Below, one piece after another: positions 8,316 to 16,504 of a stretch of DNA of 60,726 bases. How positions within the stretch are numbered: the first letter of the stretch is position 1; each line of letters opens with the position of its first letter. The DNA comes from a virus. Its lineage: Duplodnaviria; Caudoviricetes. The notes under the pieces were generated by a model that worked only from the letters and a program-made list of their open reading frames with translations, made no database searches and was not told the DNA's origin. The position numbers were made by a program, and so were the translations under genes. Location of the stretch: positions 1-60,726 of the IMG/VR virus record IMGVR_UViG_3300045131_000496; one strand, given 5' to 3'.

Positions 8316-10139
8316 ATGATGAGACGTAATTTGCTGAGTGAGTCGGTAGCGAGTGTAAGCTCGTTACCTGCTAACACAGTCTTTAAATTGGGTACTGACG
8401 GTTTAGTTGGTGCTCAGAATAATATCTTTCTAGATACACCTACTAATAGCAGAACTGCTAATACTATTACTAGGTACGGTAATGTCACACAAGGTACATT
8501 CAGCCCTTATACGAAGGAAGCTGGGAAGTGGAGTAATTATTTTGATGGTGCGGGTGGTATTAGCGTCCCTTACAGCAGCGCCTTTGATTTTGGTACTGGT
8601 GAATTTAGTATAAAATGTGACGTGTTTGTTACATCTTACCCGACAAATAGGGGTGTTGTATTTGGTCGAGTTAATGATTGGACAGGATCTCAGTATTGGT
8701 TGGAGGTTACTTCATCTGGGAAAGTTGCACTAACTCGTTCTGGTGGTGCAATTATCACGTCCACACAAACTATCCCACTAAACTCTTGGTGTTCTGTAGA
8801 GGTTTATAGAATAGGTACAACTGCGTATATCGACATTAAGGGTCAAATTACAACTTTCACTAATACCACGTGGAACCTCACTGCCGGTGACCTAGGTGGG
8901 GAGTTTACGATAGGTGCTGATCAAGGCGTTAACTCGTTTTTCTTCAAAGGTTACATCTCCAACCTCAAAATCACCAAAGCAGGTACAGTAGTCCTCGACA
9001 CCTGCAAAGACAACCGCTTCAAAGACAACTCAATTTACAACCACACACTAACCCCGTCAGGTAATGTGAAAGTAAGTCCGTTTAGTCCTTATGCGAATAG
9101 TGCAGATTATGATGCTAGTGTGTATGGTGGTAGTGGGTATTTTGATGGGGATAATAAGTCGGATAGATTGTGGTCTAACGGCTTAAATCAGCAATCAACT
9201 GAGCCTTTAGATATTACGTTTAATACTTATTCAACAGGTACGTCTATATCTAATGGTGTTACTGCTTTGTTTGGTAGAAGGTATCAGGGTAACGGTGTTT
9301 GGGTGCGTATGACTGCCCCAACCTCACTAAGCTTTAACGCATCTGTGGTTAACGAGTTCATGACTTTACCTAGGTCTGTTATCAATGATAACCAGTGGCA
9401 TACTTGGCGTTTTTATCAGACAGCAGCAGGTGGTAAAATGTCTGTTGAGTTAGATGGTAGTTTGGTAGGTACAACAGTAGCAAATATTCCATTATTTGAT
9501 ATGGACAAGTTTGGTATTGGTGGTACAGATGATAACAACTATACCTTCAAAGGTTACATATCAAACTTTGTAGTAAAGAAAGCAGGATCAGAAGTCCTTA
9601 ATCTAAAATTCAACAATGCAGGTATTCGCGACGAATCAGGTATGAACTGTATTGAAACTGTTGGTGATGCAAAGGTTAGTAGTGATGGGCAAGGGGTTGT
9701 GTTTGATGGGGGTGGGGATTATTTAGCTATAGCCGATTCTACAAATCTAGCACTAGGAACTGGTGATTTTGAAGTTAGTTGTGACGTTTTTCTAAACTCG
9801 TATGCGAGTAATGCAGGGATAGTAATTCTTAATAGTGGATCAACTTCACAGTCGTTGTTCCAATTTAAATTTCATGGATCAACGTCATGGGGGTTGGCTG
9901 ACTATACTACTTGGCTTATCGAATCGACAACACTTCCAGCGTTAAATACGTGGCAGAAGTTAACTGTTTTTAGAATTGGCGGTCAGTTAGGTTTAAAGTT
10001 GAACAGTAATCAGATTGGCGCAACCGTAGCTAACACAAACAACTTTGCTAGTGGTACTAACGTAGTAGGCGCTTATGTTCCCACTAATAATTACATTAAC
10101 GGCACAATCAAAAATCTCACAATTACAAAAGGAGCATAA
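8316..10139 (+). CDS. Receptor-binding protein with three LamG/concanavalin A-like modules
   Basis: Repeats starting (Y/V)FDG, containing FGTGEF/LGTGDF, and ending FKGYISNL/FKGYISNF/INGTIKNL. Confidence 0.75.
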   Translation: MMRRNLLSESVASVSSLPANTVFKLGTDGLVGAQNNIFLDTPTNSRTANTITRYGNVTQGTFSPYTKEAGKWSNYFDGAGGISVPYSSAFDFGTGEFSIKCDVFVTSYPTNRGVVFGRVNDWTGSQYWLEVTSSGKVALTRSGGAIITSTQTIPLNSWCSVEVYRIGTTAYIDIKGQITTFTNTTWNLTAGDLGGEFTIGADQGVNSFFFKGYISNLKITKAGTVVLDTCKDNRFKDNSIYNHTLTPSGNVKVSPFSPYANSADYDASVYGGSGYFDGDNKSDRLWSNGLNQQSTEPLDITFNTYSTGTSISNGVTALFGRRYQGNGVWVRMTAPTSLSFNASVVNEFMTLPRSVINDNQWHTWRFYQTAAGGKMSVELDGSLVGTTVANIPLFDMDKFGIGGTDDNNYTFKGYISNFVVKKAGSEVLNLKFNNAGIRDESGMNCIETVGDAKVSSDGQGVVFDGGGDYLAIADSTNLALGTGDFEVSCDVFLNSYASNAGIVILNSGSTSQSLFQFKFHGSTSWGLADYTTWLIESTTLPALNTWQKLTVFRIGGQLGLKLNSNQIGATVANTNNFASGTNVVGAYVPTNNYINGTIKNLTITKGA

Positions 10140-10141
10140 TA

Positions 10142-10618
10142 ATGCTAGTAGCTAAAATGGTAAACAAGAAGTTGGTAGTTAAAGACCATACTGAGTTTTT
10201 CCCTAACACAATCTTTGGGTCTAACCCAACTATTGATTCAATGCCAGAACCTGTAATGCAGGTACAAGGTTGGATTGAACATGATCGCACTAAACAACGT
10301 CTAGAGCCTTGCGATGCTTACCAGAAAGATGGTACAGTACTTGTAGTAAAAGTAGTTGATCTAACAGCAGAAGAGATTACAGCTATGAATAAAGTACCTG
10401 TACCTCAGTCAGTATCACCTAGACAAGCTAGACTAGCTTTATTGGCTGCTGGTTTACTAGACGATATTGAAGCTGCTGTTAAGTCTAACCGTGAATGGCA
10501 GATCAGCTGGGAGTATGCTACCGAAGTTAGTCGTAACTCACCGCTAATTCAAGCAGTAGGTAAAGACATGACTGAAGAACAGCTAGATCAGTTATTTATT
10601 GACGCTAGTAAACTATGA
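10142..10618 (+). CDS. Tail fibre assembly/chaperone-like protein
   Basis: C-terminal VPQSVSPRQARLALLAAGLLDDIEA..WEYATEVSRNSPL..QLDQLFIDA domain is typical downstream of fibre genes. Confidence 0.65.
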   Translation: MLVAKMVNKKLVVKDHTEFFPNTIFGSNPTIDSMPEPVMQVQGWIEHDRTKQRLEPCDAYQKDGTVLVVKVVDLTAEEITAMNKVPVPQSVSPRQARLALLAAGLLDDIEAAVKSNREWQISWEYATEVSRNSPLIQAVGKDMTEEQLDQLFIDASKL

Positions 10619-10863
10619 AACAGTTTTTAATTGCTGTAGATCAGTTAATCAATACCATCATCTATATTAAGGGTGATGGTTGGGGTTACGCTGATGAAAC
10701 AATTAGTGCTAGAAGCTGGAGACTGAGAGATCAGTCTTCATTCTACAAATTTGTTAATGCTATATTCTTTTGGCAGAATAACCACTGCAGAGGAGCTTAT
10801 ATTTCTGAATTGTCTAGAAAGCAGCTACCTAAAGAGTACACTGAAAGTACTGTAGATAAGTAA
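10615..10863 (+). CDS. Conserved small phage protein (DQLxN...DETISARxWR...HC family)
   Basis: Recognisable motif family commonly found after tail fibre genes; ATGA overlap. Confidence 0.65.
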   Translation: MKQFLIAVDQLINTIIYIKGDGWGYADETISARSWRLRDQSSFYKFVNAIFFWQNNHCRGAYISELSRKQLPKEYTESTVDK

Positions 10864-10885
10864 CACAAACTTCACTTGTAATCCC

Positions 10886-10973
10886 CCTAGTTATATGTGA
10901 CAATGAATGTATAACTAGGTAACTAGTACTATAATTTACTATTCGGTAAATAGTCCGTCTGTACTACACAGAC
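10886..10973 (+). promoter_or_regulatory. Inverted repeats around a TATAAT box upstream of ORF 10999
   Basis: CCTAGTTATA...TATAACTAGG (10886-10919), TATAAT 10930-10935, ATTTACT/GGTAAAT (10934-10951), GTCTGT/ACAGAC (10957-10973). Confidence 0.5.
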
Positions 10974-10998
10974 AAATAATCTCGTAAAGGAGATTGAT

Positions 10999-11556
10999 AT
11001 GAGTGATGCAGTTGTTGGAACAGGTTCAGTTGTTGGTTTTACTGATGGCTACCGTAATGATCATTTATTAGCTACTACGATTGATCGTGCTGAACAGACA
11101 CGAGATATTATGCAGAGTGGACGATTTGAAGCAGAACAGTTACGTGATGCTATTGCAGCTTCCGAACTAGCTACAGAGAAGACAGGTGCTGCTAACCAAG
11201 TGACAATGGAAAAGATTGGTGCTGCTACTCAAATCGCTGCAGAGCGTTTAAGTACTAATAGCCAATTATCTGCTGAAAGGTTAGGTGCTGCTAGTACACT
11301 AGCTGCTTACCAAAACTTTGCAGCATTGCAATTACAAGCTTCACAAAACCATGCTAGTGCTATGGCAGCTGCAGCAGAGTGTTGTAGTTCAACTAAAGAG
11401 CTAATTCGTGAGGATGGTACTAAGACTCGTGACTTAATTAATGCTATTGAACGTGATAGACAGGCGGTACTATTAGCTGACGCTAAGAATGAACTGTTAC
11501 TAGCTAAGATTGCAGCTGCACAAGGTGCATTTATCAGCAGTAACAGTGTTTGCTAA
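10999..11556 (+). CDS. Hypothetical coiled-coil protein with AECC...KELI...TRDLI motif
   Basis: Strong AAGGAG RBS; Ala/Gln-rich helix, short EKxGAA repeats. Confidence 0.7.
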   Translation: MSDAVVGTGSVVGFTDGYRNDHLLATTIDRAEQTRDIMQSGRFEAEQLRDAIAASELATEKTGAANQVTMEKIGAATQIAAERLSTNSQLSAERLGAASTLAAYQNFAALQLQASQNHASAMAAAAECCSSTKELIREDGTKTRDLINAIERDRQAVLLADAKNELLLAKIAAAQGAFISSNSVC

Positions 11557-11602
11557 TACCTACTAGGTATAAAAATATCTTTTAAAATGTACTAACAGAT
11601 AG

Positions 11603-11641
11603 TACAATATACCCATTTAAATAATAGTTTAGGTGGGTATA
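11603..11641 (+). promoter_or_regulatory. TACAAT -10 box overlapping a hairpin that occludes the endolysin RBS
   Basis: TATACCCATTTAAAT-AATA-GTTTAGGTGGGTATA 15-bp stem (3 G-U) covering AGGTGG; TACAAT at 11603-11608. Confidence 0.65.
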
Positions 11642-11644
11642 CTT

Positions 11645-12142
11645 ATGAACTTAACTGCTAACATTACAGACAAAGAGATGGGTGTAGATGTACTACCTCA
11701 TACTGACTTACCTTACCAAATGGCTTTACTAGTTGCTGATAATCTACAAGCAATTAGAGACTACTATAAAAAACCTATCAGTATCCATGTTGGCTATCGT
11801 AACCCTGAGCACAATAAAGCTGTAGGCGGTGTAGCTACATCTCAACACTTATACGGCGAAGCTGCTGATTTCCATATTGACGGTATTTCCATGGAGCAGA
11901 TCGTTAATGATATTCGTAACAGTAAAATCAAGCTACCTCATAAGATTAGTCAAGTAATCCTTGAAGAATCTAAAGCACGACCAGGTTCATGGGGCTGGGT
12001 TCACCTAGGTGTATTTACTACTAGATGGGAAAACCAACGTAAAGAAAATGGTAAATCTCATGCAGGTAATGAGTTTTTAAAATGTATTAAAAATAGTTAT
12101 TATGCAATGACTAAAGACGCTACGGGGAAAGTACTTGTATGA
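11645..12142 (+). CDS. Endolysin, peptidase M15 family (start revised from GTG 11633 to ATG 11645)
   Basis: GYRNPEHNKAVGG..SQHLYGEAADF..WVHLG zinc-peptidase motifs; AGGTGG RBS 8 nt upstream of ATG 11645. Confidence 0.85.
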   Translation: MNLTANITDKEMGVDVLPHTDLPYQMALLVADNLQAIRDYYKKPISIHVGYRNPEHNKAVGGVATSQHLYGEAADFHIDGISMEQIVNDIRNSKIKLPHKISQVILEESKARPGSWGWVHLGVFTTRWENQRKENGKSHAGNEFLKCIKNSYYAMTKDATGKVLV

Positions 12143-12531
12143 ACCTCTCTTACTTTGTACTACAGTTGATGGGGCTTGTAGCTACCATCGCTGTACTGGG
12201 TAAGATGTACGTATGGGTTGATGATCCTAGTACTATGAGAAGAAATAAAGATAACTCCATTCATTGGCTACATAACATTTTAGAAGTAGCAATACTTGCA
12301 GGCGTAGGAGCTGCACTAGGTTATATTGTTTACATATCAGCATTAGCGTATGTAGGTGATATCAGTAAGTTGGACCAAGCAACCTTATCAGCAATATCAG
12401 CAGGAGTAGGTATGATGGCAGGTAAGGCTTGGAAAATGACTACAGAAACGGTAGAAATAGTTTTTGAATATGGTTCACAGAAGGTACGTGAAATGTTCAA
12501 AAAGAAAGTAGATCAGTATGACGATGACTAA
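12139..12531 (+). CDS. Putative holin (about 3 hydrophobic segments, charged C-tail)
   Basis: ATGA overlap with the endolysin; TM-like segments; KKKVDQYDDD tail. Confidence 0.55.
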   Translation: MNLSYFVLQLMGLVATIAVLGKMYVWVDDPSTMRRNKDNSIHWLHNILEVAILAGVGAALGYIVYISALAYVGDISKLDQATLSAISAGVGMMAGKAWKMTTETVEIVFEYGSQKVREMFKKKVDQYDDD

Positions 12532-13654
12532 TAGTCCACTAGATACATTATTAGAGGAGCTAGAGTCTAATAGTTCATCTAACGTAGAGTACTGTTTAAG
12601 ACCTACAGATACAATAACATCTACTACTTGTCCTAGTATGATAATAAAGTCTTATAACAGTACCTTTCTACGTGCTTCTGGTTACTCTCCTGAAGAGTTA
12701 CTAGGAAGACGACATAACGTATTACGACATCCAGATATGCCACAAGAAGTGTTTGATGACTTACGTAAAACTATTGCAGCAGGAAGACCTTGGCATGGGG
12801 TAGTTAAAAACAAACGTAAAGACGGTGGGTTTTACTGGGTAGACGCTACAATAACACCAGTAATAGAGAATGGAATGATAATGGGATACCAAAGCACTAG
12901 GTTCCCTGCCAGTGAGGCACAGAAGTCAAAGCATGAAAAGATGTATAAAGATATAAGAGAAGGCAACAGAAGACCACCTAACTCATTAGAAGACCTTACA
13001 CCTAGATCTAAGAGTAGGTTGGAGTTATATACCTCACTAGGTTTAATTACCCTGTTTGAGGGTATATCTCTTACACTAGGTTTACTAGGATACCTAGATG
13101 TATACATGATGATATTTACTGTACTACTAACTATGGTATTTATAAATAAGATTAGAAATCTAATACTAATAGACGATGACACAAGAGAACTTAAAGCTGT
13201 AAGAGAACTAGCTAGAGGTAACTTTAGAATACGAGTACCTAAACATACAGTATTTACAGAACCACTAGAGTTACTTCGTGCAATGATAGCTAGTAGTAAT
13301 TCTAGCGATATTGACTGTAAAACTAATGAAGCTGAACTTACTGCTCTTATGGATACCATAGATGGTATGGCTATATTTGTAGACATGGAATTTAAAGTAG
13401 TTAAATACAGCTTATCTGCGCTAAGACTTGAAAAAGTATTTAATTTACCGTTGAGTCAGATTAGCTTAGTGGACTACATTGAACAACCTATATATGTAGG
13501 GCTAACTAGAAAACATGATAAACAACTAACAAGCATACTTGTTAATGACTGCTTGTTAAGTGCTAGAATTACACCCATAGTTGTTAGGGGTGATACTAAA
13601 GGTTACTTATTTTTATTTTATTATTCAAAGGCAAACACAGATGAGTTTAGATGA
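12518..13654 (+). CDS. Aer-like sensor: PAS - F1 - TM hairpin - HAMP-like - degenerate PAS, no MCP or kinase domain
   Basis: SGYSPEELLGRRHNVLRHPDMP..PWHGVVKNKRKDGGFYWVDATITP..GYQSTR is an Aer-type PAS; hydrophobic hairpin; ELARGNFRIRVP HAMP-like; LMDTIDGMAIFVDMEFKV..RITPIVVRGDTKGYLFLF PAS-like. Confidence 0.85.
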   Translation: MTMTNSPLDTLLEELESNSSSNVEYCLRPTDTITSTTCPSMIIKSYNSTFLRASGYSPEELLGRRHNVLRHPDMPQEVFDDLRKTIAAGRPWHGVVKNKRKDGGFYWVDATITPVIENGMIMGYQSTRFPASEAQKSKHEKMYKDIREGNRRPPNSLEDLTPRSKSRLELYTSLGLITLFEGISLTLGLLGYLDVYMMIFTVLLTMVFINKIRNLILIDDDTRELKAVRELARGNFRIRVPKHTVFTEPLELLRAMIASSNSSDIDCKTNEAELTALMDTIDGMAIFVDMEFKVVKYSLSALRLEKVFNLPLSQISLVDYIEQPIYVGLTRKHDKQLTSILVNDCLLSARITPIVVRGDTKGYLFLFYYSKANTDEFR

Positions 13655-13745
13655 GTTAACAAACATTGCTATTGCTGTTGCAGCGTTACTGACTTTTATT
13701 AGTGCATGGGGACTACTAGATTACTTTACGGGTGGTAGTAAATGA
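13641..13745 (+). CDS. 34-aa single-TM membrane peptide (not in ORF track)
   Basis: MSLDELTNIAIAVAALLTFISAWGLLDYFTGGSK; overlaps the PAS gene end by 14 nt and the next start by ATGA, filling the gap exactly. Confidence 0.65.
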   Translation: MSLDELTNIAIAVAALLTFISAWGLLDYFTGGSK

Positions 13746-14251
13746 TTCTTAAAACATTACTTATTACTAAGAAAAATACAGACGAAGAGGGTAAAGTAAA
13801 AGCTAAAAAAGTATTAGAACAATTTCAACAAGCTGATAGCAGTAATGACTTATTTGCTATACAGTTCTATGAAAATGGCTCTAAGCTGCAATTAGCTTTT
13901 TCTGATAAGGCTGTAAAAAGTAATGGACTAACTCAGCAATACTTTGATATTGCTTCTGGTGATTTTATTACACAGGTAAGTACCTCACTAGATACTCTAG
14001 GTAAACAATACACTGATCTAGTTAATAAAGTAGCAAGTACGCAATTGGCTAGTGATACTAACACTAGTAACATAAATAAGCTAAACTTAGTGTATAATAC
14101 TGTTAAAGATGTAGTAGATAAACATGAAGTAAAACTGTCTTCACTAGATAGTAGAGTTACTACGCTAGAGAATGCTGTTAAGAACCTAGGTAGTACACCT
14201 AGTTCATCTAGCAGTGATGCAACTAATGTGACTACTGGTTTTACTTTTTGA
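13742..14251 (+). CDS. Hypothetical coiled-coil protein
   Basis: GGTGG RBS; heptad region LSSLDSRVTTLENAV. Confidence 0.6.
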   Translation: MILKTLLITKKNTDEEGKVKAKKVLEQFQQADSSNDLFAIQFYENGSKLQLAFSDKAVKSNGLTQQYFDIASGDFITQVSTSLDTLGKQYTDLVNKVASTQLASDTNTSNINKLNLVYNTVKDVVDKHEVKLSSLDSRVTTLENAVKNLGSTPSSSSSDATNVTTGFTF

Positions 14252-14264
14252 TTAGAGGTTTAGG

Positions 14265-14732
14265 ATGGCAGTATTAAAAAATGTAAAGTCACAGGTAATC
14301 GCTAAATGTTGGTATAGTAGCTTAAAGAATGCTGATAGCTTATCAGTATTACTTACACCAACTGCGAGTAATAGAGTAATTACAGGTATTAACCTAGGTA
14401 CATTAAACTTAAATATAACATCGTACAGTGTTAATGAATTACTGTCGTTAAGGTTTTATGTACTGCCTAAAACCCATACAGCATTTACAGCTAATAAAGG
14501 TTCAGCATTACTTAGTGAAGTACCTGTGCTTGATCACACCTTTAAATGTATTACAGGTAGTACTAGTGACCCTACATACAGCTCTATTAGAAACTCTCGT
14601 GATTCCTACACAGGACTACAGATACTGATACCTGCTGACCATGTACTAGCTGCTGTTGCCTTTACTGACAAATACGGTAATCCACAACTAGAGTCTCCTC
14701 CACAGTGGGCTAATGTTTCTTATTTAGAATGA
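14265..14732 (+). CDS. Hypothetical protein
   Basis: GAGG RBS; operon context. Confidence 0.6.
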   Translation: MAVLKNVKSQVIAKCWYSSLKNADSLSVLLTPTASNRVITGINLGTLNLNITSYSVNELLSLRFYVLPKTHTAFTANKGSALLSEVPVLDHTFKCITGSTSDPTYSSIRNSRDSYTGLQILIPADHVLAAVAFTDKYGNPQLESPPQWANVSYLE

Positions 14733-14757
14733 TTTAAATTTATACGAGGTAATAACT

Positions 14758-15507
14758 ATGTATCAACATAACGCAGCGTCAGCAACTTTAATTTTATCTA
14801 AACGACTTGATATGAAAGTACGTGCACAAATTGTTAAAGCTGTTAGCGATAAACAAACACAAGCACAACTAGGTATGTCACAATCGCAAGCTGATCAAGT
14901 ATCTGCACTTAATGCTAAGATGGATCAGATGATTGCAGATAGTAAGAAAATCAATGAGCAAGAGATGGCTTACATTGAAAACACGATGCTAGATGTACTT
15001 AAGAACTTGGAGGCTAAAGGGTTATTCAATCTAGTTGTATCTGTCAATGGTAAGAACTATTCATTGCGTGACATTGTAGAATCTATTGCTAATATGCCTA
15101 CAATTGTTAAAGAGAAATCGGAAGACGACTCTTCTGGTGAATGTGTTGGTATGCGTTATACTTTCAACGATGGAACTGAAGCCGTATTACCTTTGACTGT
15201 AACTGAAGATGATCAGTTTCTTACACAGACATTTGCTGGTAGTTTCAATGGTATTCAATCTAGTTTTAATGTTGTACATCGTAAACAGCCAATTGTTGTA
15301 GAAGGTCAGACTATTACAGATTATGTATTTGTTCAACAAACTAATATGACATTTGACCCTACAGCTAAACTAAAAGAAGCTAGTTCATTCACAGCTAAAG
15401 AAGTAGCTATTGATATGAATGGTGATGGTAATGTTGGCAACGTCTCTACTGAAGCTCCAACATCTGCACCTACAGTAGCTCCACTAGGTGATGGTGCTGT
15501 AATTTAA
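14758..15507 (+). CDS. Hypothetical protein
   Basis: GAGG RBS; N-terminal coiled coil, acidic beta-rich C-terminus with DMNGDGN motif. Confidence 0.65.
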   Translation: MYQHNAASATLILSKRLDMKVRAQIVKAVSDKQTQAQLGMSQSQADQVSALNAKMDQMIADSKKINEQEMAYIENTMLDVLKNLEAKGLFNLVVSVNGKNYSLRDIVESIANMPTIVKEKSEDDSSGECVGMRYTFNDGTEAVLPLTVTEDDQFLTQTFAGSFNGIQSSFNVVHRKQPIVVEGQTITDYVFVQQTNMTFDPTAKLKEASSFTAKEVAIDMNGDGNVGNVSTEAPTSAPTVAPLGDGAVI

Positions 15508-15515
15508 GGTAGTTA

Positions 15516-16046
15516 ATGATGAGTGATTATATTAAGTTTATTAAAGATATCGCTCCTACTGTGGCAGGGTTCTTAGGAACTCCTGCTATGGGTGTAGCAA
15601 CTAAAGCTTTACTAGATGCTTTTGATGGTGATGAAGAAACCGTAACTGCTATTACTAATGGTACTAAAGAGCTTAGTTCTGAGGATATTGCAAAGATTAA
15701 ACTAGCAGAGATTGACGCTAAAGCTAAAGCAGATGAACTAGGTTTAAAGTTCTATGAAGCTGAAGTAGAAGACCGTAAGTCTGCTAGAGAAATGCAAGTA
15801 GAAGCATTACACCAAGACGATAGATTTAGTAAAAGATTTATTTACTACTTTGCTACTCTATGGAGTATGTTTGCTATGCTTTATATTGCAGGTATTACTT
15901 TTATCAATATACCTGACGATAATACACGGGTAGTAGATACTGTACTAGGTTTCATTCTAGGTACTGTAATTGCTACTATTTTAGCGTTCTTTTATGGAAC
16001 TAGTGCTAGTTCTATGAAGAAGACAGAAATGATGAGTAATAAGTGA
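15516..16046 (+). CDS. Putative holin (3TM/GTA-holin-like family)
   Basis: EVEDRKSAREMQ..FSKRFIYYFA.., two C-terminal TM segments, FFYGTSASS ending. Confidence 0.6.
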   Translation: MMSDYIKFIKDIAPTVAGFLGTPAMGVATKALLDAFDGDEETVTAITNGTKELSSEDIAKIKLAEIDAKAKADELGLKFYEAEVEDRKSAREMQVEALHQDDRFSKRFIYYFATLWSMFAMLYIAGITFINIPDDNTRVVDTVLGFILGTVIATILAFFYGTSASSMKKTEMMSNK

Positions 16047-16054
16047 GATAGATA

Positions 16055-16444
16055 ATGAGTAATGATAATTTGTACAGCTACGCTAATGCAGCTGCAGACC
16101 CTTTAGGTGCTAACTTTAACTACTACGCACCTACACATAGAAGCGATAAGAAACCTGTGAATAGTGATGTTCTAAACTTTCAAAGGTACTGGAACAGTAA
16201 TTTACCGAAAGGTGTCACGCCATTGGCTGAAGATGGTATTAGAGGCCCTAAGACAGAGTTTGCTGAAAAGCAATGGGCTAATAATGCAAGAGCTCTAGAG
16301 TACGGCAGTTCTAAACCTACAACCATTGCACAGCCTATGGCAGTTCCTGCAGCTTCAGAAAGTTTAGCAGCACAAGCTCCACGAAAAGAAGTACCTGATT
16401 GGGCTAGAGGAACTATCCTAGAATTTACAGGGCAGTATAATTAA
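16055..16444 (+). CDS. Small protein with peptidoglycan-binding-like motif
   Basis: VLNFQRYWN..PLAEDGIRGPKT resembles PG_binding_1 (FQ...L..DGIxGPxT); contains ESLAAQ. Confidence 0.5.
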   Translation: MSNDNLYSYANAAADPLGANFNYYAPTHRSDKKPVNSDVLNFQRYWNSNLPKGVTPLAEDGIRGPKTEFAEKQWANNARALEYGSSKPTTIAQPMAVPAASESLAAQAPRKEVPDWARGTILEFTGQYN

Positions 16445-16466
16445 TATAGTAATTATTAAAATACTT

Positions 16467-16475
16467 TGGTATACT
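16467..16475 (+). promoter_or_regulatory. Extended -10 promoter TGGTATACT
   Basis: TGn-TATACT about 30 nt upstream of the portal start. Confidence 0.55.
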
Positions 16476-16504
16476 AATAGCACATATTATTAACGGATAA
16501 GGTT

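Noticed and set aside
8316-10139. Diversity-generating retroelement acting on the receptor-binding gene
   Set aside because: No reverse transcriptase or TR/VR repeat pair seen in this window; could lie outside it
10615-10863. Enzyme annotation such as pseudouridine synthase sometimes given to this small family
   Set aside because: Only 82 aa with no such catalytic fold motifs
12518-13654. Host contamination or a full chemoreceptor gene
   Set aside because: It overlaps phage genes at both ends, has phage-like codon style, and lacks an MCP signalling domain
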